Origin: Bdellovibrionales bacterium
GTDB lineage: Bacteria; Bdellovibrionota; Bdellovibrionia; Bdellovibrionales; JAGQZY01
Direction: 5' to 3'
DNA length: 64,000 bases
Assembly: GCA_019750295.1 (NCBI GenBank)
Contig: JAIEOS010000048.1
Location: 68,467-132,466, forward strand
The notes under the pieces are model-generated. The model saw nothing but the letters and a program-made list of their open reading frames with translations. It was not told where the DNA came from and searched no databases. The position numbers and the translations under genes were made by a program. Of this stretch, positions 15,696 through 26,226 are shown piece after piece. Within the stretch, counting starts at the first letter, position 1. Each line of letters begins with the position of its first letter.

Positions 15696-16288
15696 TTTTC
15701 TTGGCTATCTACGCCGCTAGACGGTGGTGGAGGCGGAGGAATCACCTTGAGGGCTGGTTTGTTGGCCTGAGATGCGGGGACGCGATCAAAGCGGACGACT
15801 TCGAGTTTATCGTTAAACTCTACAGCGTAACCCATGGCTTGAGCTTCGCGCTTAAAATCAGACACGTATTTTTGTCTTTGAAGTTGAGTGAGTTGTTCGT
15901 AGCGCTGCTTTTTAAGGAGAAAGTCGTTGATTTGAACTTGTAATGACTGAGGAGCTTCGCGAGACGAATCCTCTCCCGAGTCAAACGCCGCATGGCTTTG
16001 CGAAGACTGTAATCGTAGACCACTGTCTCCAACGCTCGAGTCCTTCACTTGGCGGTATCCAGTCGGGAGCGACGGCGCATTCTTAAAATTGTCGACCATG
16101 GCTTTATCTTGTTGAAGGCGCTTTTGCTGAAGCACATCTTTTTTTAATCGATCCACTTTTTTATAGGTCACCACACCGGGGCCCTCATTAGGATTCGTGG
16201 ATTGTGAAAGTTGCGAGAACGTGAAGTAGACTCCGATAAGGACTAAAACTCCACCAGCGATTAAATATGTGTTTCTATTGTCTTGCAT
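15671..16288 (-). CDS. membrane-anchored hypothetical protein with a Pro-rich C-terminus
   Basis: 205 aa with one N-terminal TM segment (YLIAGGVLVLIGVYFTF) and a PPPPPPSSG tract. It is the last gene of the mreB/kinase transcription unit. Its 3' end overlaps pepP convergently by 25 nt. Confidence 0.5.
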   Translation of the reverse strand: MQDNRNTYLIAGGVLVLIGVYFTFSQLSQSTNPNEGPGVVTYKKVDRLKKDVLQQKRLQQDKAMVDNFKNAPSLPTGYRQVKDSSVGDSGLRLQSSQSHAAFDSGEDSSREAPQSLQVQINDFLLKKQRYEQLTQLQRQKYVSDFKREAQAMGYAVEFNDKLEVVRFDRVPASQANKPALKVIPPPPPPSSGVDSQENYEDAEEE

Positions 16289-16320
16289 GATTGAAGTATC
16301 GGGTAACCGGCAAGATTTCT

Positions 16321-18237
16321 TTAGGATTCTGATTTTGAAGAGTCTTTAGATTTCGCCGGAAGCTGAATGGTAAATTCAGTCCCCTTCCCAACCTGAGAAT
16401 TCACTAGGATATCACCGCCATGGCTTTTGATGATTCCGTAGGAAATGCTGAGGCCTAAGCCGGTCCCTTGACCAACGTCCTTCGTCGTAAAGAACGGGTC
16501 AAAGATCTTGCCTAAGTTTTCCGGCGTGATGCCGCTGCCGTTGTCTTTTATTTTTACAATAATCTGATCTTTCTCGTCTATGTAAGACACCACAATCTGA
16601 ACTTTTCCATTGTCGCCCACAGCTTGGTACGCGTTGGAGAGAATATTCATAAACACTTGGCTGATTTGGTTGGGGTTACCTTCCATGAGTGGAACGAAAT
16701 CGGCGTAGGATTTATTCAGTTGCACCACGGATTTTTTTGAGGCCCCGACGAGGAGATCTAAAGTGGAATCTAAGCAATCTGTCACACTAAATTTTTTCTG
16801 ATCCTTATCACTGGAGCGAGAAAACGTTCTGAGTCCGTTGACGATATCCCGAGTGCGGCGAGCCCCCTCTTCACAGGAAGCAATTAATTTTGGAAGATCT
16901 TTAGATATAAAGTCATAGTCATATTTCTTTTTGATCTTATCACCGTCATTCGACTTTTTACTGAGATCCTCGATCACTCCGATGAGACTGGTCGTATACT
17001 CTCTTAAGTGTTGCATGTTGCTGTAGATAAAACCGATCGGGTTATTGAGCTCATGCGCCACTCCTGCCACGAGCTGACCAATACTGGCCAACTTTGCAGA
17101 CTGAATCAATTGGTTTTGCGCCTGCTGTACATCCACATTGGCTTTTTCGAGCGCGACCACTTGCTTCTGAAGATCGTTTTGGTAATCGTAGACCTTTTGC
17201 GAGAGATCATTAAAATTATCGGCGAGGAGTCCGATCTCTGTATTCGTTTTATGTTCGATGACGATGGGCTCATTGTACTCTTGCATGGCCTTCATGCTTT
17301 GTACGAGCTGACCTAAAGGTCGAATCACCTGATGAGTAAAGAGATAGCTAAAGAGCGCGAGGCACAACAGGAGTAGAACAATTGCCCCTAAAAAAATGTA
17401 CATCAGCTGACTCACCCCTCGCGTGAGATTTGTTTTCATAGCGCCAATGGCAATTAAGAAATCTCTGGAGCCCCAGCTCACCGCTGTCGAAATAAAGCCA
17501 AAGGTCGATCCTTGAACGTTGAGATCAAAAAAGTGATTGTTGCCCTTAAGAAAATCTTGAGAGGCCTGTCCTTGGAGCTCTTCTTCGGGGATACTTGATA
17601 GAAAAATCTCACCTTTAGGCCCAAAGAAAATAACATCTAAACCGAACCGGGTTTTTATCTGTTTAACAATCTCTTCATCCAAAAGAATAATTTTTTCGAT
17701 GTAACCTTGCCACTTTAAACTATCGTCCTTCAGTTTCTTAACCACGCTCAAGTTAAGATACATTTGTTTATTCACAGAAAAAAAGTAGGCGTAGGCTTGT
17801 CGATCTTTATCTTCCAAACGCTCGCGAAGAGCGGCCGATAAAGTTTTTGGACCCACCTTCGCTTTTTCGCTAGATGAGACACGCACGAGTTCGTTTCCGT
17901 TCTGGTCGTAGACGACATAGGCGGAAGGTAAGTCGGATTCGACAAATCGTTGGAGGCTCGACTGGAGTTGATCAATCGACTGCGTTTTTAGATAATAAAG
18001 AATTTCGTTATCCGAGACCACATCATTTAAGCGATCTGTGGCATAGGTTTCGTACTCAGAAAAAAGATCTTGGATTTGTTTAGTATAGACCAATAGACGT
18101 TCAAAAATCTCGTCCTGAACGGCGTTTTTAAATTGATAGGAAAAAATACCAGCGACAAAGATCAGCGGGATCACCGAGAACAAGAGGAGCCATCTTAAAA
18201 AGAGGGTTCTCAGAGAAGTATATTTCTTTGTCGCCAT
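16321..18237 (-). CDS. sensor histidine kinase (two TM segments, large periplasmic domain, HAMP, HisKA, HATPase)
   Basis: 638 aa. The H-box is VAGVAHELNNPIGF, the N-box is NILSNAYQA, and the G-boxes are DNGSGI and GTGLGLSISYGII. Confidence 0.9.
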   Translation of the reverse strand: MATKKYTSLRTLFLRWLLLFSVIPLIFVAGIFSYQFKNAVQDEIFERLLVYTKQIQDLFSEYETYATDRLNDVVSDNEILYYLKTQSIDQLQSSLQRFVESDLPSAYVVYDQNGNELVRVSSSEKAKVGPKTLSAALRERLEDKDRQAYAYFFSVNKQMYLNLSVVKKLKDDSLKWQGYIEKIILLDEEIVKQIKTRFGLDVIFFGPKGEIFLSSIPEEELQGQASQDFLKGNNHFFDLNVQGSTFGFISTAVSWGSRDFLIAIGAMKTNLTRGVSQLMYIFLGAIVLLLLCLALFSYLFTHQVIRPLGQLVQSMKAMQEYNEPIVIEHKTNTEIGLLADNFNDLSQKVYDYQNDLQKQVVALEKANVDVQQAQNQLIQSAKLASIGQLVAGVAHELNNPIGFIYSNMQHLREYTTSLIGVIEDLSKKSNDGDKIKKKYDYDFISKDLPKLIASCEEGARRTRDIVNGLRTFSRSSDKDQKKFSVTDCLDSTLDLLVGASKKSVVQLNKSYADFVPLMEGNPNQISQVFMNILSNAYQAVGDNGKVQIVVSYIDEKDQIIVKIKDNGSGITPENLGKIFDPFFTTKDVGQGTGLGLSISYGIIKSHGGDILVNSQVGKGTEFTIQLPAKSKDSSKSES

Positions 18238-18248
18238 CAGTGGCTCGA

Positions 18249-19307
<1,059 letters not shown>

Positions 19308-19410
19308 TCAAGTTCAAATTGATGAATCGTCTAAGATTAAAATTCTATAAAATGAGAGTCAATACAATAACTTGATTAACCTGAGCCCGGGGGAGAGTAA
19401 CGCAAAGCCT

Positions 19411-21039
19411 CTAGCGACGGATGGCTTTGAGCTCTTTGGAACTCAAAGCCAGAACCGCGTCGATCTGTTTTTGAGTTTCGTCGGCAGACCACTTGAGGTG
19501 GGTGGCGAATTCCTTGGCGATCGCCGGTAGAAAGCGCAAGCCATTGTCTTTATGAAATAAAAAGAGAGGGGTTCTTCTCCAGTAAAAATCGATCAAATTC
19601 AAACACATTTCTTCGCGAATACAGAACGGAGCTTCTGCCAGCCAATAGCGCTCCTCCATGGAGGGATTTTTAAGGCGCGTCATTTTTTGGAGGATCTCGT
19701 GCCCTTCTTCTCCGCGACGTAAGAACGCTTGTTTGACGAGCGGGAGGGGCAGATTCATTTCTTCAGATAAGCTTTCTGAATAGAGAAGACCACGTTCAAT
19801 CTTCTCGGCGGTGGCCGAAGAATTTAATATGTCTTCGGTTTGGCTGGTCTTGAGGGTCATTTTTTGCTCAAAGGGAAACTTTGCTAAAACCGTGTCGACA
19901 ATTTCCAGAGCCATCGATCGATACGTTGTATATTTCCCGCCGGCCACAAGGGTGACCTTGTCTGAGTATTCAAAAATATGATGTTCGCGACTGGTTTTGC
20001 CTTCGGTTTGTGCGCCATCATCGACCAGAGGTCGAATCCCGCTGTAGCAGGAAATAATATCCTTGTGGGACAAATTAACGTCCGGGAAATAGGAGTTCGT
20101 GGCTTTGAGGAGGTAATTGACATCGTCTTCGTCGACCAAGACATCGCTAGGGTCTTTGGCGTAATCCGTATCGGTTGTGCCCACGATGGTGACTTCGCCT
20201 CGAGGAATGACAAAGATAATGCGAGTTTCGACAGCCATAACCACGGCTTGTTTAACATCGAGTTTTTCTCGGGGAAAGATGATGTGCACACCCTTAGTGG
20301 GGCGCAGAGATTTCTTCCATCGAGGTAAGCTCTTCTCGGCAAAGAGATCAGTCCAGGGACCGACGCAGGAGACGACATGTGTGGCGGAGACATCGCATTC
20401 TTTTTTTCCAAGAACATCTCTCACTTTAATGGTAACGCCTTCGTTGGTTTCGGTGATTTTATTCACCTCGACGTAATTGACCACATCGGCCCCAAAGTTA
20501 CGGGCCGAGCGCAGAGTCTCGATCACTAAGCGATCGTCTTCCATAAAAGCGTCCGAGTAAATGAAGCCACCCTTGAGTTCCCCTTGATTGAGTAAAGGCT
20601 CCTTAAACTCAATCTCTTTGGAAGAGAGTCTTTCGTGGAGCTTGGGGGCCTCAAACGCTGAGAGAATATCATAAGCAATCATTCCCAGTCCCATCTTTAA
20701 GAAACCCACACGCGAGGATTTATAAATGGGAATAAGAAAGCGCAAGGGATGCACCATATGAGGCGCGATCTTGAGTAAAATCTTTCTCTCGGTGAGGGCT
20801 TCGTGAACTAAACCGAACTCTAAGTTTTCCAGATATCGAATGCCACCATGAACGAGTTTGCTTGAGCGAGAGCTTGTGCCCGAAGAGAAATCGTGGGCCT
20901 CAAAGAGAATCACTTTTAATCCTCGAGAGGCCGCATCGCGAGCTACGCCAGCCCCGGTAATTCCACCGCCGACAATGGCAAGATCGTAATGATTCTGCGA
21001 AGCTTTGTTTATGATGTTCTGCCGATAAATCGGATTCAA
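19411..21039 (-). CDS. glpD: FAD-dependent glycerol-3-phosphate dehydrogenase
   Basis: 542 aa. The dinucleotide-binding N-terminus is DLAIVGGGITGAGVARDAASRGLKVILFEAHDFSSGTSSRSSKLVHGGIRYLE. Confidence 0.92.
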   Translation of the reverse strand: MNPIYRQNIINKASQNHYDLAIVGGGITGAGVARDAASRGLKVILFEAHDFSSGTSSRSSKLVHGGIRYLENLEFGLVHEALTERKILLKIAPHMVHPLRFLIPIYKSSRVGFLKMGLGMIAYDILSAFEAPKLHERLSSKEIEFKEPLLNQGELKGGFIYSDAFMEDDRLVIETLRSARNFGADVVNYVEVNKITETNEGVTIKVRDVLGKKECDVSATHVVSCVGPWTDLFAEKSLPRWKKSLRPTKGVHIIFPREKLDVKQAVVMAVETRIIFVIPRGEVTIVGTTDTDYAKDPSDVLVDEDDVNYLLKATNSYFPDVNLSHKDIISCYSGIRPLVDDGAQTEGKTSREHHIFEYSDKVTLVAGGKYTTYRSMALEIVDTVLAKFPFEQKMTLKTSQTEDILNSSATAEKIERGLLYSESLSEEMNLPLPLVKQAFLRRGEEGHEILQKMTRLKNPSMEERYWLAEAPFCIREEMCLNLIDFYWRRTPLFLFHKDNGLRFLPAIAKEFATHLKWSADETQKQIDAVLALSSKELKAIRR

Positions 21040-21041
21040 AA

Positions 21042-21476
21042 TTACATCCGCGTTGTGTTCAGAAAAATTAAATTCTCATCTTCATTCACATTACAGAAAT
21101 TAATTGCGTTTGAAAACGGCAAATTTTTGCCAAAATATACTTTTTGCAAATGTTTGTCTTTGGCCCAGCGATACGCGATCATGATCATCTCGACACCAAT
21201 AGCCTCGGTCTCTGCATTGACATGTTCAATCCAAAGGACCTGAGTCCACGATTTGAAAAAAAGAAGAGGTTGGGCGATAACGTATCCAACAACTTTATTA
21301 TCCACACGTTTTACAAAAGACCAGCCTCGGGGGATATAGTGCTCGAGAGCTTCTTTCCGCCACGGAGCATGCCAAGACGAAATTTCTCGCTCGATGCCTT
21401 CGCCCGGTAGTCTTTCCATCTCGAAGTTGAGAATTTCATCTAGATTTTCTGCAGTGAGAATTTTAATTTCTTCCAT
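21042..21476 (-). CDS. hypothetical protein, possibly a GNAT-fold acetyltransferase
   Basis: 144 aa. Size and strand pattern (VVGYVIAQP...VLWIEHV) are GNAT-like, but the acetyl-CoA motif (Q/RxxGxG/A) is not evident. It lies 2 nt upstream of glpD. Confidence 0.4.
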   Translation of the reverse strand: MEEIKILTAENLDEILNFEMERLPGEGIEREISSWHAPWRKEALEHYIPRGWSFVKRVDNKVVGYVIAQPLLFFKSWTQVLWIEHVNAETEAIGVEMIMIAYRWAKDKHLQKVYFGKNLPFSNAINFCNVNEDENLIFLNTTRM

Positions 21477-21506
21477 AATGATGTCTCTTTTACTAACATA
21501 GCTTCC

Positions 21507-22265
21507 ATGATGTACAAGACATTTTCCAATGAGATGCTGAACGCCATTTTAGCGAAGGTCGATGACCTCAAAAAAAAATTTCCGCCCCCCTATTATGCGG
21601 CTTTTGATGCCGATGGAACTCTCTGGGACAGCGATGTCGGGGAGAATTTTTTCCAGTTTCAGATCGACCACTGTGATCTTGCCGCACTCAAGGGAATTGA
21701 TCCCTGGGAGCATTACTTGTCTCTCAAAAAGAAGCATCCACCGGAGGCCTATCTTTGGCTCGCCCAGATCTGTAGTGGGTTCTCGTTAGCACAAGTGCGG
21801 CTGTGGGCCCAAAAGGCCGTTGAACTTCGACCTCCCGAGGTCTTCGAATCACAAAAAATCCTTGTGGCCGAGCTAGTGAAAAGAAATGTACAGGTCTACG
21901 TGGTAAGTGCCTCAGTCCATTGGGCGGTCGAAGCCGCACTAAGTACAGTCGGTTTACCTCTCACTTCTGCGATGGGTGTAAAAACTAAAGTGGTTGGCGG
22001 AAACATTACGAAAACTCAGGATGGCCCGATCACTTGGAGGGCTGGCAAAGCGGAAGCTCTGATGCTGGCGACAAAAGGTATTCCACCGATTTTCTGTTCG
22101 GGAAACAGTTCCGGCGATGTTCAGCTTCTCCAGTGCTCCGTCGGGGATGCTCTTGCCATCCAGACACAATCTCGCTCCAGTCAGCATCAGTCTCTCTACG
22201 CTGATGAGCAGAGTCTTTTAACTATTGCTCAAGAACAGGGCTGGTGGGTTCACAGCTTTATCTGA
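21507..22265 (+). CDS. HAD-superfamily hydrolase (HAD-IB / phosphoserine-phosphatase-like)
   Basis: 252 aa. HAD motif I is AAFDADGTLWDSD. VVSAS and GNSSGD blocks lie downstream. Confidence 0.75.
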   Translation: MMYKTFSNEMLNAILAKVDDLKKKFPPPYYAAFDADGTLWDSDVGENFFQFQIDHCDLAALKGIDPWEHYLSLKKKHPPEAYLWLAQICSGFSLAQVRLWAQKAVELRPPEVFESQKILVAELVKRNVQVYVVSASVHWAVEAALSTVGLPLTSAMGVKTKVVGGNITKTQDGPITWRAGKAEALMLATKGIPPIFCSGNSSGDVQLLQCSVGDALAIQTQSRSSQHQSLYADEQSLLTIAQEQGWWVHSFI

Positions 22266-22363
22266 GGGCGTCATCAGTCCGGGCGGCATCCTCCACCAAA
22301 GCGCAGGACCTCGTGGACATCGTCTCGAAGTCTTTGATAGGATCATGTGATCGGAGGAAAGTT

Positions 22364-22966
22364 ATGCTTAAGAATAGTTTATTAGTTTTATTATTGGCCT
22401 TTGCGGCAGTGGCGATCCAAGGCTGCGGAGAAAAGCAGTTCACCAAAGGTTCGTACGATGATGTTGATCAGGAAAACCTGCTCAATGATAAGTGGTCCGA
22501 AACGGACATGCAAAAAGCGGTGAGTGAATTGGCGCAAAGCTTACTTTCTTCACGCGTTCTTGCCGAAGCGAAAAAGCCACCCGTTGTGATGGTCACGCGC
22601 CTTGAAAACAAAACCAGTGAAATTATCGAAACTAAAAGTATTACCAGCATGATGATGGTGGAGCTCACTCAATCGGGCAAAGCCCAGTTTGTGGATAAAG
22701 ATGCCCGTCAAGATCTCGCCGAAGAATATGAATATCAAAATTCAGGCATGGTCTCCAAAGAGTCTAAAAAAGGTCCTGGAGGTCAAATCGGCGCGGACTA
22801 CATTCTTAATGGCCGTATCGATTCGATCGTTCAAGAAGTGGGAAAAGATAAAACGGTTTATTACAAATTATCTTTTAGTCTTTCAAATATGAAAACCAGT
22901 CTGATCGAGTGGGCTGGACAAAAGCAAATTCGCAAAAAATTTAAAAAGAAACGCGTTAGCGGCTGA
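22364..22966 (+). CDS. LpoB-like lipoprotein (penicillin-binding protein activator family)
   Basis: I place the start at ATG 22364, with GGAGGA 5 nt upstream; the ORF-track start is 22244. The lipobox is AIQGC. The body pattern PVVMVTRLENKTSE...GKAQFVD...GADYILNGRI...SLIEWAG resembles LpoB/COG3417 proteins. Confidence 0.65.
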   Translation: MLKNSLLVLLLAFAAVAIQGCGEKQFTKGSYDDVDQENLLNDKWSETDMQKAVSELAQSLLSSRVLAEAKKPPVVMVTRLENKTSEIIETKSITSMMMVELTQSGKAQFVDKDARQDLAEEYEYQNSGMVSKESKKGPGGQIGADYILNGRIDSIVQEVGKDKTVYYKLSFSLSNMKTSLIEWAGQKQIRKKFKKKRVSG

Positions 22967-22977
22967 TAGGTCGCTCT

Positions 22978-24186
22978 GTGCGATATTTCGCATCCCTTCT
23001 TTTATTCCTAGCTGTCTCCTGCGCCACGTACCAGAAAGATGTATCTGGCGCTCGAGATCTTATGCAGTCAGGACAATACGATCAGGCTGAAGCGATACTT
23101 AAGGAGCAAGTGGATACCCGAAAGGGTGATCGATTGGCTTATCTCTTGGAGTACGCAACGGTTCTCTACCAGGCTCAAAAATTCGAGGAGAGTAGTAAAA
23201 AATTTAACGAGGCCGATCAGAGTGCTGAAGTGAATGATTACACCAGTTTGTCGCGCGAATTCGGATCCATCATGATGCGCGAAGATCTGGTGCAATTTAA
23301 AACGGAGTCGTTTGAATTTCTTTTGATTAACGTTTACCAAGCGCTCAACTATCTTATGCTGGATAATTTTGAGAACGCCATGGTCATGGCTCGAAGGATC
23401 AACGATAAAATCAACAAAATTGAATTAGATAGCGACACGAAAAAACGTCAGTTGTCATTTGCCGCCTACCTCGCTGGTTTATTATGGGATGCCGAGGGAG
23501 AAAAAGACTCCGCCTACATCATGTACAGTAAAGCCTTGGAGGGCTCCGACTTCCCCGCGATTCAGAGAGACACTCTGGTGGCTGCGAAAGTATCTCGTCG
23601 TGAGGAAACCTACGATCGTTTGAAAAAGAAATGGCCGGAAATCGATGGGAGCATTGATTGGAATGGGATCCGCAACAAGGGTGAACTGGTCGTGCTATTG
23701 CAACAAGGCTGGATCCCTCGTAAAAGTCCACGTCCTGACAATCATCGTATGCCGATGTTGGTTCCAGTTCCAAGTCAGATTCGTCATGTTCGTATCGAGA
23801 TTTCGGGAAAAGGGTCGGTGACGAGCCAGATCGTTTACGACTTGGAAAGCGTCGCCATTCAAACACTGAACGAGGACTACAAACGATTGGTTGCAAAAAA
23901 AGTGGCGGGCCTTGCCGGAAAACTGGTTCTTAGAGAGGCCGTGAATCGCAAGAATCAAGGACTAGGGGATTTGGCGTTTTTGGCTTTAGATGCTATGGAC
24001 CAAGCGGACGTCCGGCAATGGTCTACGCTGCCGGCGACTTTTCAGGTGGCGCGCAAATATCTTCCCGATGGCAAATACACCGTAAAGATGTTTCCGGCCG
24101 ACCAGCAATCCGGGGAGCCCATTTGGACCAAAGAGATCCAGATTAAGAAAAATAAAAAATTATTTATCCCCACTCGTGTCTTTTAA
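22978..24186 (+). CDS. lipoprotein with TPR-like N-terminal region, hypothetical
   Basis: 402 aa with a GTG start and lipobox LAVSC. It is co-oriented 12 nt after the LpoB-like gene. My impression is of the COG3014 family, unverified. Confidence 0.6.
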   Translation: MRYFASLLLFLAVSCATYQKDVSGARDLMQSGQYDQAEAILKEQVDTRKGDRLAYLLEYATVLYQAQKFEESSKKFNEADQSAEVNDYTSLSREFGSIMMREDLVQFKTESFEFLLINVYQALNYLMLDNFENAMVMARRINDKINKIELDSDTKKRQLSFAAYLAGLLWDAEGEKDSAYIMYSKALEGSDFPAIQRDTLVAAKVSRREETYDRLKKKWPEIDGSIDWNGIRNKGELVVLLQQGWIPRKSPRPDNHRMPMLVPVPSQIRHVRIEISGKGSVTSQIVYDLESVAIQTLNEDYKRLVAKKVAGLAGKLVLREAVNRKNQGLGDLAFLALDAMDQADVRQWSTLPATFQVARKYLPDGKYTVKMFPADQQSGEPIWTKEIQIKKNKKLFIPTRVF

Positions 24187-24259
24187 ATGATCTCAGCCCT
24201 TTTAATCGCTCGCGTCTTTGCGCGCAAAGGGTGCAATATTTTTTGTTTATCCCTATATT

Positions 24260-26221
24260 ATGAGGACCATGAACTCAGTGAATTCCTCTCCGAATACGTC
24301 TGAAAACTACTTTAAAAATTTAGTCGATTCATCGCCAGCGATGATTTGGATGACCGATGTGAATTCGCAATGCACTTATCTTAGTAAGCAATGGTACGAA
24401 TACACGGGGCGGACCCCTGAACAAGATTTAGGAACGGGGTGGCTCGAAAACATTCACCCTGATGATTTGCCCAACACCTCAAAAGTTTATACTCAGGCAG
24501 TTCAAAATAAAGGCCCACTGGAGGTGGATTATCGCCTCCGAAAGAAAGATGGTCAGTACCGCTGGGCCGTGGACGTGGGCTATCCTCGATTCGACAGCCA
24601 GGGACAGTTTGCTGGCTATATCGGAACGGTCACTGACATTCATGATCGCATCGCCGCCGAAAATGAATTGGGCCTCGCCAAAATTAGATTTGATCGTTCT
24701 GCGGCGGCGACGGATCTCGGGATTTGGTATTGCGATTTACCCTTTTCCGATCTGAACTGGAACAAAGAGGTTAAAAATCATTTCTTTTTAAAGCCCGATG
24801 CCCATGTGGATATCAATGTCTTCTATGAGAGGATCCACCCGATGGATCGCGAAATGACTCGATCTGCGATCCAGTACTCCATTGATAATCATGCTCCCTA
24901 TGACATCATCTATCGCACCACTCATCCGGAGGATCCCTCAAGGATAAAATCCATTCGAGCCATCGGGTGGACAGACTACGATCAAAAGGGAACACCGGTC
25001 CGTTTCGACGGAATCACTTTGGATGTAACTCAACAGGTAAAAACGCAAGAAGAACTCAGTCTCTCCAAGGAGCTCGCAGAAAAAGCGAATCTTGCAAAAT
25101 CGGCATTCTTGGCAAACATGAGCCACGAGATAAGAACACCGCTCGGCGCGATCATGGGTTTCGCCGATCTCGCTCGATCGCCAGGACTTTCTCGCGAAGA
25201 TATTTTGTCTCATCTTGCGGTGATCGAGAGAAACTCGGCTCAGGTGCTACGTATTATTGACGACATTCTCGATCTGGCGAAAGTAGAAGCCGATAAGATT
25301 ATTTTAGAATCCATCGAATTTTCGTTTTCGAGTTTTCTTGCAGATTTCAGTTCCTACGCAGGTTTTCAAGCGCGGGAAAAAGGAATTGGCTTTGTGATCG
25401 AACCGCATACGGAGTTGCCCGATATGATTTGTGGAGATCCCACAAGGCTTCGACAAATTCTTAATAATGCGATTAGTAATGCGATTAAGTTTACGACAAA
25501 AGGAAAAGTGACACTTCACCTTTCGTTTAAAAGTGGCGTTTTAGAGTTCGGAATTGAGGACACTGGAGTTGGTATTTCCAAAGAACAATCAGAAAATCTT
25601 TTCCAGGTTTTTGTACAAGCCGATCCGTCGACAACCCGTCGTTTCGGGGGCACAGGCTTAGGTTTGGTTTTAACAAAAAAGCTCTGTCAATTGATGAGCG
25701 GTGACTATAAGTTGGTTCGCAGTGAACTCGGAATCGGCTCACTTTTTTTAGCAACGATGAAAGTGATCACTCCGGCTCCAGTGACTCAAGATGTGAGTGG
25801 CGGCTCATTAACTCATCCTTCCGCTCCGAATGCAGGACGTTCTATGGAACAAAAATTAAAAGGCAGATCCATCCTTCTCGTGGAAGATTCTCCAGATAAT
25901 CAATATCTCATTAGTCGGATTCTCGAAATACAAGGTGCAAAGGTCGATGTCGCTGATGATGGTAATCAGGGAGTCGATAAAGCCCTTAACAATAATTACG
26001 ACCTCGTGATTATGGACATTCAGATGCCCCATATGGATGGGCACCAAGCGACCAAAAAGTTGCGCGGCATGGGATATTCTAAACCGATAGTCGCACTCAC
26101 TGCGCACGCGATGAAAGAAGAGGCCGAGCGAGCGATTGAATCAGGGTTCACAGAGTTTCTCACGAAACCCGTACAAAGAGATCTCGTCATTTCTACCGTT
26201 CAAAAGTTAACATCGAGATAA
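24260..26221 (+). CDS. hybrid sensor histidine kinase (two PAS/PAC, HisKA, HATPase, receiver)
   Basis: PAS/PAC blocks are present (WMTD...YRLRKKDGQYRW). The H-box is MSHEIRTPL and the G-boxes are DTGVGI and GTGLGLVL. The receiver has DLVIMDIQMPHMDG and ALTAHA. The start could be ATG 24260 or 24269; the ORF track gives TTG 24218. Confidence 0.9.
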   Translation: MRTMNSVNSSPNTSENYFKNLVDSSPAMIWMTDVNSQCTYLSKQWYEYTGRTPEQDLGTGWLENIHPDDLPNTSKVYTQAVQNKGPLEVDYRLRKKDGQYRWAVDVGYPRFDSQGQFAGYIGTVTDIHDRIAAENELGLAKIRFDRSAAATDLGIWYCDLPFSDLNWNKEVKNHFFLKPDAHVDINVFYERIHPMDREMTRSAIQYSIDNHAPYDIIYRTTHPEDPSRIKSIRAIGWTDYDQKGTPVRFDGITLDVTQQVKTQEELSLSKELAEKANLAKSAFLANMSHEIRTPLGAIMGFADLARSPGLSREDILSHLAVIERNSAQVLRIIDDILDLAKVEADKIILESIEFSFSSFLADFSSYAGFQAREKGIGFVIEPHTELPDMICGDPTRLRQILNNAISNAIKFTTKGKVTLHLSFKSGVLEFGIEDTGVGISKEQSENLFQVFVQADPSTTRRFGGTGLGLVLTKKLCQLMSGDYKLVRSELGIGSLFLATMKVITPAPVTQDVSGGSLTHPSAPNAGRSMEQKLKGRSILLVEDSPDNQYLISRILEIQGAKVDVADDGNQGVDKALNNNYDLVIMDIQMPHMDGHQATKKLRGMGYSKPIVALTAHAMKEEAERAIESGFTEFLTKPVQRDLVISTVQKLTSR

Positions 26222-26226
26222 ATTCG

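Noticed and set aside
19398-19429. ACGCAAAGCC word reminiscent of the c-di-GMP-I (GEMM) riboswitch core, next to a 7-bp hairpin around the glpD stop
   Set aside because: The other half of the GEMM consensus (GGCAAACC plus the tetraloop) is missing. On the + strand no gene lies downstream, so it is only a weak hairpin with the stop codon in its loop.
19884-20417. 177-aa ORF in an alternative frame of glpD, with similar long shadow ORFs at 52784..53329, 46937..47392, 36421..36837 and 33816..34211
   Set aside because: All are embedded in strongly supported conserved genes (glpD, ctaD, secA, spoVR, prkA). They have no independent start signals or recognisable motifs.
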